Positions 27,961 through 37,023 of a DNA stretch of 40,000 nucleotides are shown here, one piece after another (the first letter of the stretch is position 1; the number at the start of each line of letters is the position of its first letter). The stretch lies in the NCBI GenBank assembly GCA_963764365.1, contig CAVXSI010000020.1:302873-342872 (forward strand), in the 5' to 3' direction. Under the pieces are notes generated by a model, which worked only from the letters and a program-made list of their open reading frames with translations, did no database searches and was not told the origin of the DNA. Origin of the DNA: an uncultured Solirubrobacterales bacterium (GTDB taxonomy: Bacteria > Actinomycetota > Thermoleophilia > Solirubrobacterales > 70-9). A program made the position numbers and the translations under genes.

Positions 27961-28127
27961 CTTAGGGTCCATCCGAAAACCCCCGCGCACGCCTGGCGGC
28001 GGCGGACACTGCGCGGTGCGGCGTCCTCGGTCGGCCAATAGCGCCGCTATCCGGCCCCTCTGCGTCCTTGCCCCGCTTGGTCCGGCGCTCGCCAATCGCA
28101 CACGCGGATTTTCGGATGGACCCTTAG
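27961..28127. repeat. Long imperfect inverted repeat / hairpin C (~165 nt) between convergent genes
   Basis: Arms cttagggtccatccgaaaa... and ...ttttcggatggacccttag. The tip is the palindrome atagcg-c-cgctat. The right arm overlaps the stop codon of the minus-strand GNAT. Confidence 0.65.
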
Positions 28128-28579
28128 AGTTCGAGCTCGTAGGCGAACCACTCGCTGCGCTCGGCGCCGGTCGAGTCGTAGAGGCGCCGGGCGGCGAGGT
28201 TGTCGGGTTGGGTCTCCCACTCGAGGTGGTGGGCGCCGCGTTCGCGTGCGACGGCGGCACTCGCCTCGATCAGGGCGCGGCCGACGCCCTCGCCGCGAGC
28301 CGACTCGACGACGTAGAGGTCGTTCATCAGCACCATCTCGGCCGGCACCAGCGAGGTGAAGTGCCAGTAGAGGCAGGCGTAGCCGAGCAGCCGGTCGCCG
28401 TGCCGGGCGCCGAGCAGCATCCCGTCCTCGCTCGGGGCGAGGAAGCGGGCGAAGAAGGCGCGGTTGCGCCCGTCATCGACGTCTTCGACCCCGTAGAAGC
28501 GCTGGTAGGCGGCGATCAGCGGCAGCAGCTCCTCCAGCTGCGGCGCGGCGACCGGCTCGACTCGGACCTCGGCGGCCAT
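28124..28579 (-). CDS. GNAT family N-acetyltransferase
   Basis: [29 protein letters not shown]...[47 protein letters not shown]. Met at 28579 was chosen within ORF 28124..28750. Confidence 0.85.
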   Translation of the reverse strand: MAAEVRVEPVAAPQLEELLPLIAAYQRFYGVEDVDDGRNRAFFARFLAPSEDGMLLGARHGDRLLGYACLYWHFTSLVPAEMVLMNDLYVVESARGEGVGRALIEASAAVARERGAHHLEWETQPDNLAARRLYDSTGAERSEWFAYELEL

Positions 28580-28743
28580 CGTCGCCACCGTATCGCGGCG
28601 CACGCAAGTGCCCGCCCGCAGGAAGGGACGGCGCCGCTCCCGAAGTAAAGGGGCGAACCGAGAGGCCCGGCTTGCGGCTCCCTTTAAGCTTTGGGGGCGC
28701 GACGCCGGTAGGCAACTACCCGCCCCGCAAGGAGGGGATTCCG

Positions 28744-30036
<1,293 letters not shown>

Positions 30037-30046
30037 TCCCTGCGTC

Positions 30047-30083
30047 TGGCGACTTTGTTTCGCATAGCGAAACAAAGTCGCCA
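30047..30083. repeat. Palindromic element A, copy 2
   Basis: tggcgactttgtttcgc-ata-gcgaaacaaagtcgcca, between the clpX stop (30036) and the valS start (30100). Confidence 0.8.
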
Positions 30084-30099
30084 ATAGACTCGGCGTCCC

Positions 30100-32736
30100 G
30101 TGCCTGACGAGCGCCTGAAGCGGCTGCAGGAAAGGACGCGCTACGACGCGGCCGAGGTAGAGGCGCGCGTGTTCGCCGAATGGATCGAGGGCGGTTACTT
30201 CCATCCGCTCGCCGAGGGGCGCCCTGAGGACAACTTCTCGGTCGCGATCCCGCCGCCGAACGTGACCGGCGCCCTGCACATGGGCCACGCGCTGAACGGC
30301 TCGATGCAGGACGCGCTGGTGCGGATGAACCGGATGCGCGGCCGCAACACGCTGTGGACGCTGGGCACCGACCACGCGGGGATCGCCACTCAGGCGGTGG
30401 TCGAGAAAGGCCTGCGGGCGGAAGGGGTCGACCGCCACGAGCTCGGCCGCGAGGCGTTCGTCGAGCGGGTCTGGGCCTGGAAAGAGGAGTACGGCTCGCG
30501 GATCGTCGAGCAGTACAAGCGGCTCGGCGCCTCCTGCGACTACGAGCGCGAGCGCTTCACCCTCGACGAGGGCTACGTCCGCGCCGTCTACCGAGTCTTC
30601 AAGCAGCTCTACGACAAGGGCTACGTCTACCGCGACAACTACATGGTCAACTGGGACCCGGGCTCGCACTCGGCGATCTCCGACCTCGAGGTCGAAAACC
30701 GCGAGGTCGAGGACACGCTCTACTCGATCGACTATCCGGTCGAGGGCTCCGCGCGGGTGCTGACGGTGGCGACGGTGCGGCCGGAGACGATGCTGGCCGA
30801 CGCCGCGGTCGCGGTCAACCCGGACGACGCGCGCTACGCCGACCTGGTCGGCGAGCACTGCGTGCTGCCACTGGTCGGGAGACGGTTGCCGGTGATCGCC
30901 GACGAGCACGTCGACCCCGAGTTCGGCACCGGGGCGCTGAAGATCACCCCGGGGCACGACCCGAACGACTTCGAGATCGGCCGCCGGCACGGGCTCGAGG
31001 AGATCGGCGCGATCGGCCCCGACGGGCGGATGACCGAGCAGGCCGGGGAGCGGTTCGCCGGCCTCACCGCCGCCGAGGCGCAGGAGGCGGTGGTCGCGGC
31101 GCTGCGTGAGGAGGGCCGGCTGCGCGACGAGCAGCCCTACACCCACTCGGTCCCCTTCTCGCACCGCTCCGGCGAGCGGATCGAGCCGCTGATCTCGCTG
31201 CAGTGGTTCTGCCGCATGGACGAGCTGGCGAAGCCGGCGATCGAGGCGGTCGAGCGCGACGAGGTGCGGATCGCGCCGTCGCAGTGGAAGCGGGTCTACC
31301 TCGAATGGATGCGCGAGATCCGGCCCTGGTGCGTCTCGCGTCAGCTCTGGTGGGGGCACCGGATCCCGGTCTGGTACTGCGACCCCTGCGCGGAGGTCTA
31401 TGTGACCGAAGGGCAGTCGCCCGGGCGCTGCGGCGCCTGCGGCGGCGAGCTGCGCCAGGAGGAGGACGTGCTCGACACCTGGTTCAGCTCGGCCCTTTGG
31501 CCGTTCGCGACCCTCGGCTGGCCCGAGGACACGCCGGAGCTGCGCGCCTTCTACCCGACCAGCTTCCTCACCACCGCGCGCGAGATCCTCTTCCTCTGGG
31601 TAGCGCGGATGGTGATGACCGGGATCGAGTTCGCCGGCGACATCCCCTTCCGCGACATCTACGTGCACTCGGTGATCCAGGCCCGCGACGGGCGGCGGAT
31701 GTCGAAGAGCCTCGGCACCGGGATAGACCCGCTGGAGGAGATCGACAAGCACGGCGCCGATGCGCTGCGGTTCGGGCTGCTGGCAATGTCCTCGACTCAG
31801 GACGTGCGCTTCTCCGACGCCAAGGTGCAGCAGGGAGCGGATTTGGCGAACAAGCTCTGGAACGCCGGGCGATTGATTTTGCTGAATTGCAAATTCGAGC
31901 AGAATCAATCGCACATCAATGCGCGGCAGGACCAAGTTCCTGCCGCGGTCGCGGGTGGGACGGGCGCGCAGGGGGACGTTCTCTCTCCAACCCGGGTCGA
32001 GGACCGCTGGATCCTCTCCCGGCTCGAGGCGACGATCGCCTCGGTCACCGCGAAGCTCGAGGAATACGACTTCGCCCATGCTGCCCAGGAGGCCTACGCG
32101 TTCTTCTGGTCGGAGCTCTGCGACTGGTACCTGGAGATCGCCAAGCCGCGGCTGTACGAGGGCGAGGCTGAGGTCTCGGCGATCCTGCTGCGGGCGCTGG
32201 AGCGGGTGCTCGGCCTGCTGCACCCGCTGATGCCGTTCGTCACCGAGGAGGTCTGGAGCTACCACCCGGCCCGCGACGGCCACCTCGCCGTGCACCGGTT
32301 CCCCGAGGCGGAGGGCGCGCTGCGCGACCCCGAGGCCGAGGCGGAGGTGCGCGCCGCGATCGAGCTGACCCGGCGCCTGCGCGCCTGGCGCGACCTGGTC
32401 GAGGCGCCTGCGGCGACGGTGCTGCCGGCCCGGGTCGAGGGCGCGGAGCCGCAGGAGTTCGTCGGCCGCCTCGCCCGCATGGCCTTCACCGAGGACGGGG
32501 GAGACCCGGTCGCCGCGGTGGGGCCGGTGAAGATCCTCGCCTCGGCCGAGATCGATGCCGAGGCGGTCGCCGCGCGGCTGGAGGCGCGCCGCGAGGAGCT
32601 GCGCTCCGAGGTTTCCCGGGCCGAGGGCAAGCTCGGCAACGAGAAGTTCGTCGCCCGCGCCCCGGCCGAGGTCGTCGACGAGGAGCGCGAGAAGCTCGAG
32701 CGTTACCGGTTCGAGCTCGAGGAGCTCAGCGAATAG
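30100..32736 (+). CDS. valS: Valine--tRNA ligase
   Basis: HMGH (HIGH) and RMSKS (KMSKS) motifs, a C-terminal coiled coil, and a GTG start. Confidence 0.97.
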   Translation: MPDERLKRLQERTRYDAAEVEARVFAEWIEGGYFHPLAEGRPEDNFSVAIPPPNVTGALHMGHALNGSMQDALVRMNRMRGRNTLWTLGTDHAGIATQAVVEKGLRAEGVDRHELGREAFVERVWAWKEEYGSRIVEQYKRLGASCDYERERFTLDEGYVRAVYRVFKQLYDKGYVYRDNYMVNWDPGSHSAISDLEVENREVEDTLYSIDYPVEGSARVLTVATVRPETMLADAAVAVNPDDARYADLVGEHCVLPLVGRRLPVIADEHVDPEFGTGALKITPGHDPNDFEIGRRHGLEEIGAIGPDGRMTEQAGERFAGLTAAEAQEAVVAALREEGRLRDEQPYTHSVPFSHRSGERIEPLISLQWFCRMDELAKPAIEAVERDEVRIAPSQWKRVYLEWMREIRPWCVSRQLWWGHRIPVWYCDPCAEVYVTEGQSPGRCGACGGELRQEEDVLDTWFSSALWPFATLGWPEDTPELRAFYPTSFLTTAREILFLWVARMVMTGIEFAGDIPFRDIYVHSVIQARDGRRMSKSLGTGIDPLEEIDKHGADALRFGLLAMSSTQDVRFSDAKVQQGADLANKLWNAGRLILLNCKFEQNQSHINARQDQVPAAVAGGTGAQGDVLSPTRVEDRWILSRLEATIASVTAKLEEYDFAHAAQEAYAFFWSELCDWYLEIAKPRLYEGEAEVSAILLRALERVLGLLHPLMPFVTEEVWSYHPARDGHLAVHRFPEAEGALRDPEAEAEVRAAIELTRRLRAWRDLVEAPAATVLPARVEGAEPQEFVGRLARMAFTEDGGDPVAAVGPVKILASAEIDAEAVAARLEARREELRSEVSRAEGKLGNEKFVARAPAEVVDEEREKLERYRFELEELSE
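31869..31912. repeat. AT-rich 44-nt hairpin embedded in-frame in valS
   Basis: gcgattgattttgctg-aattgcaaattc-gagcagaatcaatcgc, with 14 of 16 stem positions pairing. It stands out as AT-rich within a GC-rich gene. Confidence 0.6.
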
Positions 32737-32795
32737 ACCCCGAGGCCTACCTCGACTCGCTCGAGCCGATCGGCTGGAAGCTCGGGCTGGAGCGG

Positions 32796-34013
32796 ATGCA
32801 CAGGCTGAGCACGCTGCTGGGCATGCCGCAGAACCGCTTCGCCTCGATCCACGTCGTCGGCACCAACGGCAAGTCCTCGGTGACGAGAATGGCAGCGGCG
32901 CTGCTCGAGGCGCACGGGGTCGGCGCCGGCGCCTGCTTCTCGCCGCACGCGTCGCGCTGGTCCGAACGGGTGCTGCTGCACGGCGAGGAGATCGACGCCG
33001 CCACCTTTGCCGCTGCGGTCGAGCGGGCCGCGCAGGCGGCCGAGACGGTGAACCGGAGCTTGGACGACGGTGAGGCCGTGACCCAGTTCGAGCTGGCGAC
33101 CGCGGCCGCCTTCGTCGCCCTCGCCGCCGCCCGAGTCCAGGCGGCGGTGGTCGAGGCGGGGCTGGGGGGCCGGCTCGACGCGACCAACACGATCCCCTCG
33201 CGGGTCACCGTGCTGACCTCGGTCGGACTCGATCACACCGAGTGGCTGGGCGAGACCGAGGAGGAGATCGCCGCCGAGAAGCTGGCGGTGCTGCGCGACC
33301 AGACGACCCTGGTGCTGGGCCGGGTCAGCCCGGCCGTGCGCGAGCTGGCCGAGCTGACGGCGGCGCAGCGCGGCGCCGAGCTGATCGTCGCTCCCGAGGA
33401 TCCCGGCGAGGCGGTGCGGCTGCGGGCCACGGGGCGGTTCCAGCGCCGCAACTTCGCCCTGGCCTGCGCCGCGGCGCAGGCTTTCCTCGGCGAGCTTGAC
33501 CCCGAGCGGGTGGCCGCCGTCGCCGCCGGGGTCGCGATCCCCGGGCGCCTCGAGCGGGTCGCCGACGACCCACCGACCTACCTCGATGCCGCCCACAACC
33601 CAGACGGCGCCGCGGCACTCGCCGAAGCCTTGCCGGAAATCGCGTCCCCAGTCCAGCGCGGTAGACATTTGCGTCGCTATGCGAGCCAAATGCCCACCGC
33701 GCGGCCGCCGGTCGTGGCCTGCCTGGCGATTCTCGCCGACAAGGACGCGGCGGCGATCGTCGCCGCCCTCGCTCCCGCCGTCACTCGCGTCGTCTGCACC
33801 GAACTCCCCGTCGGCGGGGCCCATCGGCCCTCGCTTGGGGCGGCGGAGCTCGCCAAGGTGTGCGCTGCGGCCGGGGTGGAAGCCGAGGCCGTGGCGGAGC
33901 TCGCGGAGGCGGTGGCTCGGGGGCGGGAGCTGGCCGCCGAGGCGGGCGGGGCCCTGCTCGTCGCCGGCTCTCACTACGCGCTTGCGCCCGCCCGGGCCGC
34001 TCTGGTCGGTTGA
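32796..34013 (+). CDS. folC: Bifunctional folylpolyglutamate synthase / dihydrofolate synthase
   Basis: IHVVGTNGKSSV P-loop. The first canonical ATG is at 32796, but conserved N-terminal sequence (DPEAYLDSLEPIGWKLGLER) is encoded in-frame upstream, back to the valS stop. Confidence 0.9.
   Translation: MHRLSTLLGMPQNRFASIHVVGTNGKSSVTRMAAALLEAHGVGAGACFSPHASRWSERVLLHGEEIDAATFAAAVERAAQAAETVNRSLDDGEAVTQFELATAAAFVALAAARVQAAVVEAGLGGRLDATNTIPSRVTVLTSVGLDHTEWLGETEEEIAAEKLAVLRDQTTLVLGRVSPAVRELAELTAAQRGAELIVAPEDPGEAVRLRATGRFQRRNFALACAAAQAFLGELDPERVAAVAAGVAIPGRLERVADDPPTYLDAAHNPDGAAALAEALPEIASPVQRGRHLRRYASQMPTARPPVVACLAILADKDAAAIVAALAPAVTRVVCTELPVGGAHRPSLGAAELAKVCAAAGVEAEAVAELAEAVARGRELAAEAGGALLVAGSHYALAPARAALVG
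33656..33702. repeat. Element-A-like hairpin (core CGCTATGCG) embedded in-frame in folC
   Basis: gcgcggtagacatttgcgtcgc-tat-gcgagccaaatgcccaccgcgc, with 18 of 22 stem positions pairing. The core is the reverse complement of the A1/A2 core CGCATAGCG. Confidence 0.55.
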
Positions 34014-34078
34014 GCGTATGCGAGGATTGCGAGGTGGATCAGACGAGCCCCAGAAGCGCCGGATCGCAACTGCTCTCG

Positions 34079-34165
34079 ATGATGGCCCTGGTCGCCGCGG
34101 TCGTCGCCGCGGTGATCCTGATCTTCTTCGGCATCGGCTACCTGTTCGGCAGGTCGTTCCTGTGA
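34079..34165 (+). CDS. Possible tiny membrane protein (single TM helix)
   Basis: MMALVAAVVAAVILIFFGIGYLFGRSFL. An alternative GTG lies at 34034. Its position between folC and ndk is where actinobacteria often carry a small membrane protein. The call is weak. Confidence 0.25.
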   Translation: MMALVAAVVAAVILIFFGIGYLFGRSFL

Positions 34166-34226
34166 CAGGGTTCGCGCCCGAGGCGGCGAAGTAGACTCAT
34201 CGCTCCCCCCGGCGGGGCTCCCAGCC

Positions 34227-34883
34227 ATGGCACTAGCGATCTTCGGCATCAGCAACGGCGGCCTCAACCTGGTCGTCAACCTCCTCATCCTGATGCTGGT
34301 CGTCGTCTGGCTGGCGCTGATCGTCTTCACCTACCTCGACGCCAAGCGGCGCATCACCGACCCTTTCCTGATCGGCTGCGCGACCCTCGCCTCGTTCATC
34401 CCCTACATCGGCACCGCCGTCTACGCGATCGTGCGGCCGCCGGAGTTCCTCGAAGACGCTCACGAACGCGAGCTCGAGATCGAAGCCGCGCAGCTGCGGG
34501 TGCGGCAGCTGAAAGCGTCCTCGTGCACCGCCTGCGGCTTCCCGATCGAACGCAACTACATGCGCTGCCCGGACTGCGGGCACCGGCTCAAGGATCCCTG
34601 CCCGAGCTGCCGCAAGCCGGTCGACCCGCGCTGGTCGCTCTGCCCATACTGCGAGGAGCCGCTGCGCGCCCAGGAGCAGAAGCCGCGGCGGCGCAAATCC
34701 GCCGCGCCGCCGCGCGAGAAACGGAAAGCGCCGAAAGGCGACGCCGACCGCGCCAAGCGCGCCGCCCCGGCGGCCGAGCGCGAGCCTGTCCGCGAGCGCC
34801 CGCCGGCGAAAGAGCCTGAAAGAAAGCAACGACCGCAAAGGAGCCCCAGCCGTGAGCCGGACCCTGATCCTCGTAAAGCCTGA
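34227..34883 (+). CDS. Membrane protein with PLD-nuclease-N-like TM domain and double zinc ribbon
   Basis: Two TM helices ([30 protein letters not shown]; [16 protein letters not shown]). Four CxxC pairs (CTACG, CPDCG, CPSCR, CPYCE). A basic Pro/Arg/Lys tail overlaps the ndk start by 32 nt. Confidence 0.78.
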   Translation: MALAIFGISNGGLNLVVNLLILMLVVVWLALIVFTYLDAKRRITDPFLIGCATLASFIPYIGTAVYAIVRPPEFLEDAHERELEIEAAQLRVRQLKASSCTACGFPIERNYMRCPDCGHRLKDPCPSCRKPVDPRWSLCPYCEEPLRAQEQKPRRRKSAAPPREKRKAPKGDADRAKRAAPAAEREPVRERPPAKEPERKQRPQRSPSREPDPDPRKA

Positions 34884-35259
34884 CGCCTTCGAACGCGCTC
34901 TCAGCGGCGAGGTGATCGCCCGGTTCGAGCGCAAGGGCCTGCGGGTCGTCGCCCTGAAGACGATGGTCGCGGTCGAGGAGATCGCCCACGCGCACTACGA
35001 GGAGCACACCGAGAAGCCGTTCTTCGGCGAGCTGGTCGAGTTCATCACCGGCGGCACCCTGGTGGCGATGGTGCTGGAGGGGACCGAGGCGGTGGCGGCG
35101 GCGCGGCAGGTGATCGGCGCGACCAACCCGGTCGAGGCGGCGCCGGGCTCGATCCGCGGCGATTACGCGCTCGAGGTGACCTTCAACATGGTGCATGGGT
35201 CCGACTCGGACGAGTCGGCCGAGCGTGAGATCGGCATCTGGTTCCCTGAGTTGGTCTAG
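34852..35259 (+). CDS. ndk: Nucleoside-diphosphate kinase
   Basis: [13 protein letters not shown]...GATNP...GSIRGDY...NMVHGSDS (active-site His). Confidence 0.97.
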   Translation: MSRTLILVKPDAFERALSGEVIARFERKGLRVVALKTMVAVEEIAHAHYEEHTEKPFFGELVEFITGGTLVAMVLEGTEAVAAARQVIGATNPVEAAPGSIRGDYALEVTFNMVHGSDSDESAEREIGIWFPELV

Positions 35260-35261
35260 CA

Positions 35262-35375
35262 GCCGCGGCGTGGGCAAGGGGTTCCGCTTAACTTTTTCGC
35301 CGGGAACGGGCGGCTCTCGCCGACGCGGTCGGGCGAAAAAGTACAAGACGCTCCACCCCTTACCCACGCCACGGC
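35262..35375. repeat. Structured repeat B, copy 2 (114 nt long hairpin)
   Basis: It has the same two conserved blocks as copy 1, each 100% identical. The outer stem is different (gccgcggcgtgggcaagggg / ccccttacccacgccacggc) and so is the inner stem (ctttttcgcc / ggcgaaaaag). It fills the ndk-maf spacer exactly. Confidence 0.8.
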
Positions 35376-35376
35376 T

Positions 35377-35940
35377 GTGAGCCCGGGCGTCACGCTTGCT
35401 TCGGGGTCGCCTCAGCGGAGGGAGATTCTCGAAAAGCTGGGGGTGGAGTTCGAGGTTGTGGTGCCCGGGGTCGAGGAGCTGGCGGGGGGCGAGCCTGAGG
35501 TTGAGGTGCTGGAGAACGCTCGGATGAAGGCTCGGGCGGTCAAGGCGGACGGGCTGGTGATCGCCTGCGATACGGATGTGGTCTTGGACGGCAGGGCTCT
35601 CGGAAAACCCGAGGACGAGGGCGACGCGCGCCGGTACCTGGAGCTGATGTCGGGACGGGCGCACGAGGTGCTGAGCGGGCTGGTGGTGCTGGACGGCGGC
35701 GAGGAGCGGAGCGGGCTGGAACGGACGACCGTCGTGTTCCGGGAGCTGGACGAGGCGGCGAAGGAGCGGTACGTGCGGTTCGGGGAGTGGCGGGGGCGGT
35801 CGGGCGGGTATGCGATCCAGACGCTCGGGTCGACGCTGGTCGAGCGGCTGGAGGGGAGCGTCTCGAACGTGGTCGGGCTGCCCGTGGGCCTGCTGGCCGA
35901 GTTGGCGCCGGAGCTGCTCGAGCGCGGCTCAGCTGCGTAG
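35377..35940 (+). CDS. maf: Maf-like nucleoside triphosphate pyrophosphatase / septum formation protein
   Basis: LASGSPQRREILEKLGVEFEVV...IACDTDVVLDG...GGYAIQ. The GTG start is 1 nt after repeat B. Confidence 0.9.
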   Translation: MSPGVTLASGSPQRREILEKLGVEFEVVVPGVEELAGGEPEVEVLENARMKARAVKADGLVIACDTDVVLDGRALGKPEDEGDARRYLELMSGRAHEVLSGLVVLDGGEERSGLERTTVVFRELDEAAKERYVRFGEWRGRSGGYAIQTLGSTLVERLEGSVSNVVGLPVGLLAELAPELLERGSAA

Positions 35941-37023
35941 CGAGACGGCGTCGTCGAGGTTCTCCAGCAGGGCGTCGACGATCTCCGGGTCGAAGTGGGT
36001 TCCACGCTCCGACGCGATCGTCTCCTTCGTCTCCTCGACGGTGAAGGCCGGCCGGTAGGGCCGGTCGCTGAGCAGGGCGTCGAAGACGTCGGCGACTGCG
36101 GCGATCCGCCCTTCGATCGGGATCTCGGCGCCCTCGAGCCCCTGCGGGTAGCCGCTGCCGTCGAACCACTCGTGGTGGGCGAGGGCGATCGTCGCCGCCA
36201 TCCGCAACAGCTCGCTCTCGGAGTCGTCGAGGATTTCGTGACCGACCACCGTGTGAACCTGCATCCGCTTGCGCTCGCTGGCGGTCAGCGGGCCCCGCTT
36301 GTGCAGGACGCTGTCCGGCGTGGCTATCTTGCCGACGTCGTGCATCGGCGCCGCCGCCCGCAGCAGCAGCACCCGCTCGGGGTCGAGTCCCAGCCGCTGT
36401 CCGAGCAGTGCCGAGATCGAGGCCATGCGGTCGATGTGGCGGCCGGTCTCGGGGTCGTGCATCTCGATCGCCCGGGCGAGCCGTTCGACCGTCTCCTGCC
36501 GCGAGCGCCGCAGGTCGGCGATCGCCTTGCGCTGCGCGTCGATCAGCTCGTGGCGCAGCGCCTCGGTCTTTTCCTCGGCGCTGCCGAGCAGAGCCGAATG
36601 GCGTGCCTTCTCGTCCAACTCGAGCCGGTGCTGGCGCAGGGATTTGGCGACCGTGATCTGCAGCTGCCCCGGCCAGAACGGCTTCACGAGATAGCCGTGG
36701 GCGCCGAGGCGGAAGGCCTGTTCGGCGATCTCGGGATCGTCGACTCCGGTCACCATCACGATCGCTGTTCGCGGGTGTTTGCGGGCGATCTCCTCGACCA
36801 GCACCAGTCCCGACTCGCCCGGCATCTGGATGTCGCAGAGGGCCAGGTCGAACGGCTCCCCGGCGAGCTTCTCGCGCGCCTCGGCGACGCTGGTCGCCGG
36901 CTCGCACCGGTAGCGGTCGCCGAGCGAGCGCTCGACCAGCCTCAGCACCTCGGGCCGGTCGTCGGTGGCGAGGATGCGGGGCCTCGTCCCGTTCGAGCCG
37001 GCGACCTCGGTCGCGGTGCTCAT
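35929..37023 (-). CDS. Response regulator with HD-GYP domain (c-di-GMP phosphodiesterase type)
   Basis: REC domain (ILATDD...DLALCDIQMPGESG...YLVKP), then HDVGK and HHEWFDGSGYPQGL. Confidence 0.93.
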   Translation of the reverse strand: MSTATEVAGSNGTRPRILATDDRPEVLRLVERSLGDRYRCEPATSVAEAREKLAGEPFDLALCDIQMPGESGLVLVEEIARKHPRTAIVMVTGVDDPEIAEQAFRLGAHGYLVKPFWPGQLQITVAKSLRQHRLELDEKARHSALLGSAEEKTEALRHELIDAQRKAIADLRRSRQETVERLARAIEMHDPETGRHIDRMASISALLGQRLGLDPERVLLLRAAAPMHDVGKIATPDSVLHKRGPLTASERKRMQVHTVVGHEILDDSESELLRMAATIALAHHEWFDGSGYPQGLEGAEIPIEGRIAAVADVFDALLSDRPYRPAFTVEETKETIASERGTHFDPEIVDALLENLDDAVSLRS

